Positions 11,612-25,339 of a stretch of DNA of 64,000 nucleotides are shown one piece after another. Below the pieces are notes generated by a model, which worked only from the letters and a program-made list of their open reading frames with translations, was not told the DNA's origin and ran no database searches. The position numbers and the translations under genes are program-made. Position 1 is the stretch's first letter. Every line of letters begins with the position of its first letter. This stretch comes from Hypanus sabinus (Eukaryota): positions 21,948,001 through 22,012,000 of the forward strand of contig NC_082731.1 in the NCBI RefSeq assembly GCF_030144855.1. Direction: 5' to 3'.

Positions 11612-12357
11612 CTGCTAAAAAGTAATAATAATAAAAAAAAAATCACCCCCTGAGTTTACAGGAGTGAATTGTAGCCGCAGCCGAACGTAGATTAACGATG
11701 GAAAGGGAACAATTTAATCGTTATAGAGCAGAGAGAGGACGCGGCCTCTGTTTTGTAAATTAACAGCGACACATCGAAGTAATCTCCTGTATTTGTTCTT
11801 CGGATCAGATGCATGTTAGGCAATGGAAATTAGGCTTCCGTTTTGGGGACGCTGGAGTGCGTTTCACTAGTAACCAGCTGAATTTTGTATCAAAAGTAAT
11901 GCGATTTGAGAACCTTCCTTTTGGTCGCAAGTGCATTGTCTCCATAACTCCCTTTGCGATCTCTTGCCATATGTTTTATCTTAAGAAACATCTCATCACA
12001 GCTCGCTATCTTTATTATTAACCTTATCAGAATCATTTGCTACTTGAACACCGTCTTCCTTCCTGCATCATCTTCTCCTTGTCGCTGCGTCTACCTCGTA
12101 CTTATTTTCTCTTTGTGGCATCTGCAGCTGACATTTTCAGATTGTGTCTTGTGATTTTGTTTCATGTTTTCTCGCTTTTGTTCTGCCTGGTCACGTGGAT
12201 ATCAAGACAAAGAAAATTCAAAGCCAAATCAAAAGCTTTCATTTTTGATCATAGGCCTCTGATATATCCTCAACTAACGCAATGACATGTAAAAAAATAT
12301 GGTGTATCACCGCGTTTAACGGAATCACCGTTCCATGACAACAAAATATGCGTGACC

Positions 12358-12373
12358 GTGTGTGTGTGTGTGT

Positions 12374-12435
<62 letters not shown>
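12358..12435 (+). repeat. (GT)n microsatellite, slightly interrupted
   Basis: GT run with one GA and one GC interruption. Confidence 0.98.
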
Positions 12436-12436
<1 letters not shown>

Positions 12437-13519
12437 TGAGGGAGAGAGAGTCGGACAGAGATAAAACTTTTCTGTATACAGATAGAAAATTACACGCGAT
12501 GTTCAAATATCGTCAGTTATGTGAGTCCATTTTGATAATATCTGACACAGACACTATATTCTCTTGCGAGCTCTCGCTGCAGCTGTTGAATGGGCTCACA
12601 TCTTGCTTCACGATGTGTTGTGATATCGTAGTGTAAATATACACGGCTATTTTTTGACACAGGATCCGCATGATTCTTTAGGGAACCTATCAGCGGCTGG
12701 TGAAAGTAGTTAGAAAAACTGACGGAATCTTGATGCTGTCAGCGAGCAACACGCCCTGCTGCAACGTCCTAAAGAGAATTCATTAAACTACTTCTCTGTT
12801 TTTTCTTATTTTACTCATTCATTTACAAATGATTATACTACTAGAAAGCATATAAATGGAATCTGCGAGTTACTTTGTGATGGTTTACTGCTTGTTGTTT
12901 ATTTTTGAAAGATTATGCGATCAAGCAGCTTATTAACACTAAGGGCGTTCAGTGAAGTTTGCAAAAATAGTCTACAGCCCAGAGACCAGAACTCCTCTCC
13001 GATTGAGGCGTAGAGCATGGCTGAATTCGACAAGGACTATGTATTAGATTTTGATTGAACTGTAAGCTGGTTGAATAGTTTTAGGAGAATTTGATTAAGG
13101 TGCATTTATCTGTTCATTGTGGTTGTTCTTTTTTTGTTGTTTTTAAAGGACGTGAAAGGTTCGATTGCTGTTGACTGTGACCGAAGAATGCTTGTAGTGG
13201 GCAAGCGATATGGCTTTGAAATAACCTAAACTGGGTACGACTAGAATCCCAGTTTGGCATTAGATTTTTTTTCGCGTAGTTTGTACGCTTTTTTTATTTT
13301 GCTTATTTTCAAAAGTGTTTGATGTTTGATTTTCTTTTTCCAATGGATGTATCTTTGCGCCGCTCTGCCTGCAGAAGGACGATATCATATCTGCATTCTT
13401 TATACATAACTGATTAGTAAACAACCTTTGAACAACTAACTCATAATTTGAACAAAATCTGTCATTTACATATCAAGGCACCAGGCGTCCTTCATTGATC
13501 ACAATTCTATCTCTATTAC

Positions 13520-14880
13520 GACAGCAATGGAGAGGGATGGGAACAGCAATTTCGGGAAACGTTTAACTGGACTAAGGGGAAATATGAGGCTATCAGGCAG
13601 GAAATTGGAAGCAGAAATTGGAAAAAGATCTTCTCAGTGAAACGTACGGAAGATATGTGGCAAATGTTCAAGGAATATTTGCGTGGGGTTCTGCGTAAAT
13701 ACGTTCCAATGAGACAGGGAAATTATGCCGGGGTACTGTAAACGTCGTGTACAAAGACGGTTGTAAATCTATTCAAGAAGAAAAGAAGGGTTCACGGAAG
13801 GTTCAATAAACTAGGTAATTAGTGGGATGGAAAGATTATAAGGCGAACAGGAAGGATCTTAACAGTGCAATTAGGAGAGCGAGAAGGGGCCATGAGAAGG
13901 GTTGGCGGACAGTATTCAGGAAAACAACAAGGTGCTCCTCAGAGATCTAGGATTCCTGCTGGTTGTAATGTGTATAAATGACATGAATGAGAAAATAGAG
14001 GGATGGGTTAGTAAATTTTCTGATGCCACAAGTGTTGGAGTGTTATGGATAGTGTGGGGTGCTGACAATTCTTACCTCGGGCCATTGATAGGATGCAAAA
14101 CTGGCTGAGAACAGGCAGATGGATTTCAACCCATATCAGTGTGCGGTCGTTCATTTTGGCAGGTCAAATATAATGGCAGAAAATACCATTAACTACAAGC
14201 CTCTTGGCAATGTAGAGGATCTGCGATTTCCTGGGGTCAGAGTCCACAGGGCACTCAAATCTGCTCGGCAGTTTGTCTCTGTGGTTAAGAAGGCATATGG
14301 AGCATTGACCTTCATCAATTGTGGGTTTGCGTTTAAGAGCTGAGACGAAAATTTGCAGATATGCAGAACTCTGGTCAGAACTCCCTTGGAGAACTGTGCT
14401 GACTTCTGTTCGCCTCTCTGCTGGAAGGACATGGAAACCATAGAAAGGATGCAGAGGAGATTTACAAGGTTGCATAGCATTTTCTCCTTGGAGCGACGGA
14501 GGATGAGAGAAAACTTGATAGAGGTGTACAAGATGATGATAGGCATCGATCGTCTGTGCAGTCAGAGGCTTTTAGCCAAGGCTGAAATGGCGGGAACTAG
14601 CGTACATAGTTTTAAGACTGGGAAGTTGGTACAGAGGAAATGTCAGGGTAAGGTTTTGTTTTTACGCAGAGTGTTGTGGTTGCGTGGAATGGGCTGCCGG
14701 CTGCTGTGGTGGAGGCGACAACGATAGGCTATTTTTAGAAACTCTTGAATGGATACGTGCAGCTTTCAAAAATAGATGGCTGTGGGTAAGCATAGGTGGT
14801 TCAAATGTAAGGACATGTTTTGAGGGCCGTTGGGTCTGTATTGTGCTGTAGGCTTTTTTTTTTAAATATTTCTATGTTTT
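13520..14880 (+). mobile_element. Decayed, internally deleted CR1 LINE 3' half
   Basis: INDMNEKIEGWVSKFSDAT (RT, FADD-like), MDFNPYQCAVVHFGRSN, IERMQRRFTRL..SLERRRMRENLIEVYKMM, and a 3' tail gggtctgtattgtgctgtagg. Confidence 0.85.
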
Positions 14881-15945
14881 TGTTCCGTTAGCAGCTTGAT
14901 CACAGCATCCTCAGTTGATTAAATATTACGTCTATGATATGTTAGTTATCTTTGACAGACACATGTGTTATCTAATAATTATTGAGTCTGGACGATTATG
15001 TTGTCCGTCCTAACGCGTGGGAGTGGGCAGCTGCTGTGGGGACTTTTGGGTTCTGACATGTAGCAGTCATTCTTATTTGGCGCACGCCTCTGCTTTCGTG
15101 GATGGTTGCATAGGAAAATACTCACCGGATGCATATTGTATGCATTGCTCTGACATTAAATGTATCCTTCAAACTATTCCAACATTGAGTTTTGTTTCTT
15201 TTGTGTTACACTAATAAGTAAATTTAGGTCGACAGTACCTTTACCACCTGGATTTTATTTCACGTAGCCGTGATGCAACGTAGTAGAACAAATAAAAAAG
15301 ATTAACAAGTTCAAAGTATCATAAGTTCCTACAATTCAGGTGTTGAGGAATGCCGTAAATCGATCCCTTTATCATTGTACTTTGATCAACAGAACAAAAA
15401 AACTAAATAAATTAGGGTCACGGGAGTTTATTGATTGTATTCTGCCGAACCTAATAGGACTATATATCTATATATGTATATATAGTTGTAGTTATCTACA
15501 CACTCATAAATAAAAAATAAGAAGAGCAGGGGAATGAGCAATTGGCACTGTAGTGGCACTGTCCAATGTACGTTTAGGCCTCTGTGTTCTAGCTACTTGA
15601 TTAGATTTCAGAGAATGATTATGTTGAATGCATCTGGACGCCCCATGCTTGAGGGAAGAGAAATGGAAATAGCATCTGCTGATAATTTTTGTGATATTAA
15701 TTATTCTGGTTCATTCTTTGAATTTTGTTTTATCGTCAGTCAGCATGGACTACAAAAATTTGAGTAAGGTAAACATAGTACCCGCAACTGTTCCACACAC
15801 AATAGGAGAACAAAATAAATATAGAATTTCATGCATATAAAATCAAGCGAATAGGAATGGAGGTGGGAAAATCTCAATTACCACCACGCTTTGGAACTCG
15901 TCTTAAAAATATCCGCTTGACCGACTAACTCTCTCCACATCGGAT

Positions 15946-16091
15946 NNNNNNNNNNNNNNNNNNNNNNNNNNNNNNNNNNNNNNNNNNNNNNNNNNNNNNN
16001 NNNNNNNNNNNNNNNNNNNNNNNNNNNNNNNNNNNNNNNNNNNNNNNNNNNNNNNNNNNNNNNNNNNNNNNNNNNNNNNNNNNNNNNNNNN
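15946..16091. other. Assembly gap (146 N)
   Basis: Run of N. Confidence 0.99.
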
Positions 16092-16348
16092 AAGTTACGT
16101 GAGGTTTGGCGGCTGAAAATATTGAAGCTGCTGCTGAAGTGAGGCAGAGATTAATTGTTTGTTCGCGGGAGAGGAGAAAGTGAGAGGGGAGAGGGAGAGA
16201 CATAAGCAGGAGCTAAGCAAACATGGAGAAAGAAAGAGAGAGAGAGAGAGAGATCAACAGACCCGTACTGCCTCTCATTTATGTACCATAAGATCAGCGG
16301 ACCTTCTGCAAGGAAAATGTCCATCAGATTTATTGTATTTTCATACAG

Positions 16349-16508
16349 NNNNNNNNNNNNNNNNNNNNNNNNNNNNNNNNNNNNNNNNNNNNNNNNNNNN
16401 NNNNNNNNNNNNNNNNNNNNNNNNNNNNNNNNNNNNNNNNNNNNNNNNNNNNNNNNNNNNNNNNNNNNNNNNNNNNNNNNNNNNNNNNNNNNNNNNNNNN
16501 NNNNNNNN
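16349..16508. other. Assembly gap (160 N)
   Basis: Run of N. Confidence 0.99.
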
Positions 16509-16749
16509 TCTGAATTTCATCGCTCACATTCGACATGCATTGTAACGTATATTTCACTAAATAAGCGGGATAGCATAGGCTATAGATCTCATTGACTCAT
16601 TGCAAAGAGCGGTGTGGTTACACGATAGCTGAATATTGTCGGGCAAATGCGGGGGAAACTTGAAATGATACACTTGGCGGCGTGAAACCACATTCAGCAA
16701 AGAAAGTTATCCAGCTGTACAGCTCAAAGCATGGGTTCTAAAGTAAGTG

Positions 16750-16788
16750 AATTTTTGTACAAGTATTTAATTGGAATATAACAATGTG
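16750..16788 (-). other. 23-RSS of the 17-kb V segment
   Basis: Heptamer CACATTG (16782-16788), 23-bp spacer, nonamer ACAAAAATT (16750-16758). Confidence 0.95.
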
Positions 16789-17239
16789 CGGCTCAGGGCA
16801 CAGTAATAAACAGCTGCGTCGCTTATTTGCAGATCTGAGATAGTAATATGAAGGACTTTTTTTGCCTTTTCTAGATACACCATTAGGCGCGTTTTGGCAA
16901 AATCGGCTCTGTCTTCAGATCCAGCAGAATATTTGTAAAGTATGTACTCGAGACTTTGCTCTTGTTTTTCTCGGTACCAATATAAATAATAGTTGATCCA
17001 TGTAGTATCATAGTTGCAGCTTAACGTCACAGCCTCGTCTTTTCCTTTCACTGCTGAAGACTTTGTCTGATTGACAGAGTTTCCGTGAATCGTATCTAAA
17101 AAAAAAACACAAAAATGAAGTGTTTTGTTGACGTTTTTTTTTAATCAGTATTCAGTTTCCAGAAGGCTCATGAATTGTCTGCTGCTCACAAACCTGTCAA
17201 CCAGGCTCCACACACAATCCAGAAGAAGATCCTCCACAT
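16789..17239 (-). CDS. TRDV: T-cell receptor delta/alpha variable segment, apparently intact (TRDV1-like)
   Basis: Leader 17239-17194 MWRIFFWIVCGAWLT with G|GTTTGT donor. 98-bp intron with ttttttag acceptor. Exon 17095-16789: (D)TIHGNSVNQTKSSAVKGKDEAVTLSCNYDTTWINYYLYWYREKQEQSLEYILYKYSAGSEDRADFAKTRLMVYLEKAKKVLHITISDLQISDAAVYYCALS. C1, W and YYC present, no stops. Symbol is family-level only. Confidence 0.93.
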
Positions 17240-19254
17240 CTTTTTTATAAAGAATGGGTTGAGTGATTTTCCCATCAACAAGGTGTCGCCAGGCTTCAGC
17301 AAGATCTGTTTCGCTGTTGAAATAGGTCGTGCATATGATATAATGGAGAGGAAATAGAAGGCCCCCAATGGGAGCGTAGACTCTTGATGCATGCTCCGCC
17401 TATTTCCCCAGATGTGCCAATGTCCATGTACCTCAACGAAAGAGTGTAACTGTTTTTTTTTTAATGCCACAAGAAACTAACGTTAACTGAGGAGCACGAG
17501 AAGACCAGCTAACTCAGTACATACAGATAATGGGTTTTATTGAGAAGATTGAGAGAGAATAAAAGAGACGGAATAGAGATAGCAGTATGACTAAGGGAGG
17601 GAGGGAGGGAGAGAGAGAGAGAGAGATAAAGAGGGAGAGAAATGGGGCCTTGCGTCGCAAGTTCTGATAAATATGAAAAGATGTTCTCTCAATGGACTAA
17701 CCGCGCCGATTAATGCAGCTATATTCAAACTGAACAAGATTATCAATAAAGAGAGGCAGATGGACAGGCAGACACACCGTTAGATGACAAATAAATACAC
17801 ACATGCATATACATAACATTACTTACCACTATATATCAATCCAATTAAATATGTATGGACTTGCATCGTTTGACGTCAAGCAACTCAGCGAAAACTAACC
17901 TGAGGCACGTGCAAGATACTTAACTTTACTACTGTCATCGCACCATTGCCATGATTTACTCAAGCTAATCGGTAATTTATTTTGGAATGTCGATGTAACC
18001 GGACCACGTGCAAGAAACAGACATATAGCTATGACATAGGACTCAGAGTGCGGCAGATATGCAGGATCTCAGAAAAACGACCCATAACAACAGCTCCTAA
18101 ACATCATCATATTATCAAAATAAGCAAAACAGTCGAACTTTAGTCGTCCAGATGTAAATCTCAGCAACATTTCACAGATTTGGTTAATCAACATAGAAGC
18201 GCACTATGCTAACTGGTGTTGGAAAGGGAACCACGCCCGTACACCAAATCAGTCGGTTCATTCCTTCTATATATGATGTCAAGCTAATCAATTCACTCAA
18301 GGTCGAGTATAAATTAGGTCATCAATACGGTTGGTATGCACCTCGGTATAGTCAGAGGATAGAGCGTTATACATGGTGTCACTTGGATAGGGTAGCTTTC
18401 CTTCAATACCCTCATGCCTATGAACCACACCAGGCGCTTTTCTTGTCACTGCATTTTCAGTAGCGAATCAGTTCTTTCAATTAGATTCAGCTTCTCGATA
18501 GCAATGGCGTCTCAGTAGTTTTTAGAAGAGATTCTGAATAACATAAACATCCGATTTTTGTTGTTTCTCATTTTCAGGTCTGGTAGCAGTGAACTTTACT
18601 TTCACGCTGTGTTGATATGTTTCCCTCGCCCCATCAAAACTATTACTGTTGGGCTGAGTGTGATACAAAAAAAACCTTACCAGTCTGTGATTAACATGTC
18701 CAGGAAGGATGTGCTATTTGTCCCTGTTTCCATATTGAAAGTTTCTGACTCATTATGATACCGCCCAGTGCATCACCCTTCTCTATTTGAGACTGAGTCT
18801 CAAGAAAAATCTTCTCTTCGTCTGAATCATGGGCTTCCATGACATTTTGAAGAACTGTTTTTGAATGACGCTCTCTTCTGTAATTGACTAGAGATGCATT
18901 TTATTTGCTGAGTAGACCTTTTGACGTGGAATGGAGAATTGCTCCTTCTCATACCGATAGTTTTTTTTTTAATACTATTTCATTAACTTGTTACTTTTTG
19001 TTTTTCTTTTAGCTGCACTCTACTGACATCTCTTTCGGCAGACTTTCTAACTGTACCTGTCTGGTATTTATTATTTTACGGCAGCTGCAAGCTTTATCTC
19101 AGAATCTCTTTCCTGCTAGTTTTCAGCGAGTTGCTAACGATAATTTTCACTCTGCCTGTCCATGGTAATAAAATCATATGGTGAAAGTTTCAACGGCAGC
19201 ATTAGAGACTCTGACAAGTTGGTGCCCAACAGCCCGACAACAATCCTGGCTCCA

Positions 19255-19470
19255 ATGAACTCATCCCCAAGATCTATATATGCACAGCTGCCTCATAGGA
19301 CATACAAATCTGTCATGAACTTATCTACATACTCATCTGGTCCATTTTTGCTGGAGTTGAACTTTGTCTTCCTGTATATTAGCTTTCTCTGCGAAATATT
19401 CATGTTTGATTGTTTATTTATTATTTTCTTTAATTAGCCTTCGAGTTTTTTTTCTTCCCAAAGATTCTTC
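19255..19470 (-). pseudogene. Possible decayed V relic of the 17-kb family
   Basis: KFNSSKNG...MTDLYV then, after a 1-nt shift, EAAVHI* (compare ISDLQISDAAVYYC). An upstream LWEEKK lies at roughly the expected W-to-C distance. No CAC heptamer. Confidence 0.3.
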
Positions 19471-20093
19471 TGATATTTCTGAATTATCTGCTGTCTCTTT
19501 TTCTCTGTGCACTTCCCCAGACTAGTGCACACCGATGATAACAATGTTTCCACTTATTTAAGCAAGTTGGGGCTGTTAACTTAAAAAAACCCTTTATTTA
19601 TCCCAGTCCTGATTGTGCGTGGATTTAGATGTTACCGGTAATTGCTAAAGGGACATCCCAATGTGATGGCCACAGGATACTCAAACCGAATCCACGTATG
19701 GATTATCACCATCAGTAGCTTATCAGAAACAGGACACTTTTTCCGGGGAAAACTACCACCGAGGCAAGGGTACACACACTGGTAGATTCCACAGGGTTAC
19801 CCCAACCACACAGAGTGAAAGCCATTTATCCAGTTCCAAGACATACGAAGTAACTCCAACAGTGATTTGCAACAGGGGTGCCTTCTTCGCTGAAATACCC
19901 ACACCCACACTAGGGTAAAACACAAAAGTGGTAATCACAAACGTGCCACCCTCATCAGAGAACCACTCCTGTGGATTAATTATGTGTCAATCACACTTTC
20001 GTATTCGAATGGAATAAAACTCACCCTTACGGGCTACTTGGAGAGCCCTAACAGTGATATCTTTTCTCACTAGGTTTCTTCTGTTTCAAACCT

Positions 20094-20135
20094 CCCTCTC
20101 CTCTCCTCTCCTCTCCTCTCCTCTCCTCTCCTCTC
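20094..20135 (+). repeat. (CTCCT)n microsatellite
   Basis: About 8 tandem ctcct units. Confidence 0.95.
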
Positions 20136-20999
20136 TGCAAAGTTCATCTTTTGCAGCACTTGTGAGAGACATTTATGAATGCACTGGATCGAACTCAACT
20201 CACCCCTTCGGGCTATTGAACGTTGAAACGATCGATCGCACACGCTGTTGTCTTTCAGTGACCGAAACCATCTCGAAACTCACTCTATATGTCTCTGTGT
20301 CCTTGTATATCAAAATCAGCAGCAGAAAAAATGTAAACATTTAATGTCCATCAAATAATTCCACCTCTCTCTCCAAAGTAACTAAGCGATTTTGTAGTGA
20401 GTTCAATTCCAAAAGTGTCCACAGTCAGTCTCATTTTCTCCGCGTTTTAAAGTGACAGTGCACTGAAGAAAATGCACCCTAGAGGTGTATAACAGATAGA
20501 TCTTTGTAGAGATAGATGTACAGGAACAACCTGTACATTCTCGTTGTGTTTCTCTCTTGTTTTGGTTCATCAATGATCAACCAGTTCTAACGACATGCTG
20601 TGTTTGTCGTCGGGGTAGTTGTATGCACATCAGATCAGCAGCATATGGGACATTCAAATTACATTTGGTCAGAGACAGTGCCTGTGCAGTGTGTGAACAC
20701 TCCCACGTGGGAGTGGCTAAATGAGTGGCATAGGAATTAACTGCCACGACCATATCCATGATGTAGTTGCCTGGGTCAACAGCTTACTCCAATCTTTTTC
20801 GCATCCTGTTAATTGGCGCCTCTCTACCAGACGGTGATGCCATCATTCCAAACAATCTTCGCCGTGTCAGTGGAAATGTGAGCAGGTGTTCATTATACTG
20901 CAGAGAGAAAACAAAAGGACTGAGTCTGTATTATGGAAAACAAATACTATAATAACATTCATTTCAGAACGACAATACTTCATAAGGTTTCCGTCAGAC

Positions 21000-23280
21000 C
21001 GCACATAGAATTTTGTGAACAGTTTTAGATCTTTTCTAAAATACTGAAGGAGCTGGAATGGGAGAAGTTCGAGAAAATGTACAGGAGTGTGATTCCGGCA
21101 ATTTGTCAGTTAACGTAAGAGCAGCAATTATGGGACCTGGTTCCGAATCGCTCGAGTTCAGAAGTAATATGCGGGATACCGTGAAATCTATCTAATTCAA
21201 TAGCCTAGTGAGAGTGGGTGCAGAGGGATATTTCATATCGTGGACACAGTCTCAAAATACAAGTACGTCCATTTCCAACAGATATTAGATGACATTTCTG
21301 CATGTTGGTCAATCTGTGGAATTCGTTGCCACGGGCGGCTCTGAGGCCAGGTCCTTGTGCATACATTATTTAAGCAAAGGTTGGTACTTTATTGATTAGT
21401 AACACCGACAATGTGTACCTGGAGTAGGCAGAACAAGCTGAGAGAATTAGATATCAGCCATCGTGGTCTGACGGATTAGGTCTGAAACGCGAAGTCACCT
21501 CGTTCTACCGCAATGTCTTATGCACTTTTGGAAACACAGTCGAGCTATTATAGTTCTTTTTTACTGAAAGTATCTAATGCATGTATAGCTAATCGTGCTC
21601 GGCCATCTCAGCCATCTCTCCACAGTCTGAATTATTCAATCTGCACATTGATGTTCCAGCAGTATTAGAACATAGAACATATAAATCAACAACGCGTTAT
21701 AGGCCTTTCCGCCCGTAATATTGATGTGTAAGCAATAGAGAGGGTGCAGAGCAGATTTACAAGGGTTTTGCCTTGATTGGGGAGCATGCCTTATTTGAAT
21801 GTGTTGAGTGAACTCGGCCTTTTCTCCTTCGAGCGAAGGAGGTTGACAGGTGAACTGAGAGAAGTGTAGAAGATGATGAGAGGCATTGATCGCGTAGATA
21901 GTCACAGGCTTTTTCCAGGGGTTGAAATGGTTGCCACAAGAGGGCATAGGTTGAAGGTGCTGGGGATTAGATGCAGAGGTGACGTCAGGGGTAAGTGTTT
22001 TATTCAGAGAGTGGTGACTGCGTGGAAAGGCTGCCGGCAATGGCCGTGGAGGCGGATACAACGGGGTCTTTTTAGAGACTTTAAGATAAGTACATGGAGC
22101 TTAGGAATATAGAGGGCGATGCGGAAGTCTACTGATTTTTAAGCTCAGGACATGTTCGGCACAACTTTGTGGGCCGATGGGCCTGTATTGTGCTGTAGGT
22201 TTTCTGTGTTGCTATGGCGTTTAAGTAAGGTCTTATATAGCTTTGCATTTACTTCATGACTCCTGAATTTAATCTCACGATTGATGAAAGCTATCACGCA
22301 TTACACCTTCCTAACAACACCATCAATCTTTGCAGCGGCGATGATTGTGCTCTGGAAACGGATCCCAGTATCCTGCTGATTCTCTACACTGTCTAGTGAC
22401 TTAGAATTAATATTATTCCTGTCGTCAAATTTGACCTTTAAAATGAACCACTTCACACTTATCCAGGTTGACATTCATGCCACTTCTCAACCCAGTTCTG
22501 CACCCTGTTGATATTCAATTTTAATCTCTAACAACTTTCGAGATTACCATCAACACCTCCAGGTTTGGTGTCATCAGCATACTCACACATATACCTTTCT
22601 ACTTCCTCATTCCGGACATTTATAAAAATCAAAACGAGGAAGGGTCTGAGAACACATTCATGAAGAGCACTACTGGTCACCGCCCTCCATGCAGAATATG
22701 AAATATTCTTAACTGCACATTGGCCTTCAATGAACAATAAAATTTGGTATCTGCAAAGCAACCTCTCCATGAATACTGTTCCTTATCATATTCTGAATAC
22801 GCCTTATAGAGTAAACCTTATCAAATACCTTTCTGATATCCATATACTCTACGTCCACTATATTATCTTCAATAATGTGCTGTGTTACACCCTCAAATTA
22901 TTTAATCGGGCTCTTAGGACACCACCTACCCTTGACAAAGTCATGCTGAATATCCTTAATCAGATTACTTTCCTCCAAATGCTCATAAATCCTGCCCCTC
23001 GGGATGTTCTCCAACATCGTACCCACCACTAAAGTGTGATTCACTGGTCAGTAATTTCCTGAGTTATGCTTACTTAGTTTCTGCAGCAACGGACAAACAT
23101 TTGCAAACTACCAGCCCTTTGGTATTCCCTCGTCGCAACTGATGATAAAAAGATTATGGTCAGATTCAGCAATCTTCTCACTCGCGTCCCACTGTATGCT
23201 GGGCTATATCTCGTGCGACACTGGCGGCTTATCTAAATATAGCTTTCAAAAGCTCCAGCACAACTCAATCGTTTCAGTCG
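21000..23280. mobile_element. Cluster of CR1 3' fragments in both orientations
   Basis: Plus-strand 3' ends at about 21000-21500 and 21730-22215 (MMRGIDRVDSHRLFPGVEM..TRGH). Minus-strand RT piece 22216-23280 (RYMCEYADDTK). An atagaac tail remnant at about 21665. Confidence 0.8.
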
Positions 23281-25339
23281 CTGCAATGCTCCCCACAATC
23301 GCAAAGGTGCTTTTCACTGGTGAGCATGAGTCCTGTATATCACTGCGCATCATTTTTGGCCAACTTCAGCCTTCACTCTATCTGACCGTTACTCGATCTG
23401 TCGCATTTAACTGATCATCCAACTGCCCTGACTTTCCAACTTCAGCCTTTCGCTTTCCAAAGTAAATGCAACTATCTGTTGCTCTTCTGCCCTCATTAGT
23501 AACCCAATACCTTCAGTTCATCTCACAGACTCACGATCTATACCGTTGGACTTCGCTATCGGTTCTCTCAGCTCAACAGTGGTACAACGTTTGACTGGCA
23601 ATGCTGACCGTTTCATTTGTTGAAATGCAACTCGACTTCCTGATTTTTCTCAATAGAGATTTGGTGCAAGTTTCAATTCAAAAATACATCTTGCACTTAT
23701 GCCAGGTCGTTCGTATATTCAAATCGTTATGCAAGATATTATTTGTTTGAGTCATCCAAGTATATTAAATTGGAAATTAAAAAGCAGGAATGACAATTTA
23801 GATATTAATTAATATTTGCATAACAAATAATTTGGTCTTTATATTTCACAACACTTCTGTTAAACTTACTGATGATTATGAGAGTTATCAATATTTCAAT
23901 TATTTTCACCATCTACCACCCTTTGAATTCCCGTAAAGTAGAATTAAATGCTGCTCATTTTTTTCAAAACAGAAAGAAGTAGCCGCGAGATTTTAAAATT
24001 AACAATCTAGTATGTGATTCCAACATGCGCGTACAAAGCATATTGTATTCACATTTCTTCCAGTCAAATCTTCCACTAGCTCGCCACATGTATATTAACG
24101 TCAGTTGCATTTGTTCGGCTTAATACGTTTGTGTATCATCTTCATGCCTAACCTTACTTATTGTCCGTGTTCCCACTTACTTTCATACGAGTAGCTAGCC
24201 CCAGTTCCGCTTATTTCAAATTGTTCTATCCATGCAGCTATTAAAATGTATTTTGAATGTTGGAACTGTTCACGCCTTTTACAAATATTCCAGCAGACCG
24301 TTCCACACATTCACAAATTTCCATTTGGAAAACATTGCACTTACATCTCGGTTAATTAGTGCCCAACTTGCATCACACCTATGATCAGTATGTGTACATT
24401 TGTTTCCTTGGGAAAAACTGTTATAATCAAAATTTAATTAAAACTGCTGAATTTTATAACCTTTATTATCCGTAATAATCATACGTTATCGAAGACAAAA
24501 AAAAACAGTACCTGCCTATTTGGACTTTTAATTGCCTCCCGTTATTTACTCCCGTTAACATCATGTGCATCTTTGCAGCTCTGTCTGCAGCTTGTTCATT
24601 ATTTCATCAAGCAAGTGTTCATCCATAATTGGGCATTTGGCTTAATTGGGCGGTTGTAGGCCATTTTCACTCCCATTCCACTCCTACTCAGACTGTGGTT
24701 CTCCGAGGGCATGATCGACAGGCGCACAAACATTCAGAGTTGAAAACATTATTCTTTGCCCTTGTTTTCAATTGTATTTTTGGGTTTTTGGTGGGATGTT
24801 CAAGTTCGTTTACTATTAAATTTTAGCTTAAATTATACAGCTAATCGATATTGTGTTTGTGTGTCACCCTGAATGCAACGAGGTGTGAAATAATCACCTA
24901 CTTCCTCTGTATGTGACTGCGGAAATAATCTGTTCGAACCATAAATCCCGGTCATTTTTCTGTTCTTGTCACAATAAACAGGCTAGTTGAGATAAAAGTG
25001 ACCCAATATTCGCCACATTGGTCTCATAGTGGGATCCGAAATTGACCGTAAAAATGAAGATACGAATTCGGACGGTGGACAACATTCGCTGAAGCGTTCG
25101 CAGCTCTCACAAACAACACAAAGCGACGCAGTCATTGGAGGACGGACACAGCGGCAGGCAGCATCACCGCAATGGGCTAAAGAGTAGGACCAACGGGCCG
25201 ATGTAATAGACAGCACAATGTCCACCCCGAATCTCCATGGATGCAGCAAAATCGGATTCCCGGTGCCTTATCAGATGCAGGTTAACTTTCCGCAGGAAAT
25301 AAAAACCGGAGAACTAATTCACTATGATGGTGGAGGGGT

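Noticed and set aside
18578-18676. Plus-strand acceptor followed by TATTACTGT (YYC) and an A-rich nonamer-like run
   Set aside because: Only about 70 nt between acceptor and YYC, no heptamer, and opposite orientation to all other Vs.
20155-20465. TVTLKRGENETDC and CACAAGTG on the minus strand, suggesting another V relic
   Set aside because: No convincing W or YYC motif and no nonamer; not distinguishable from chance by eye.
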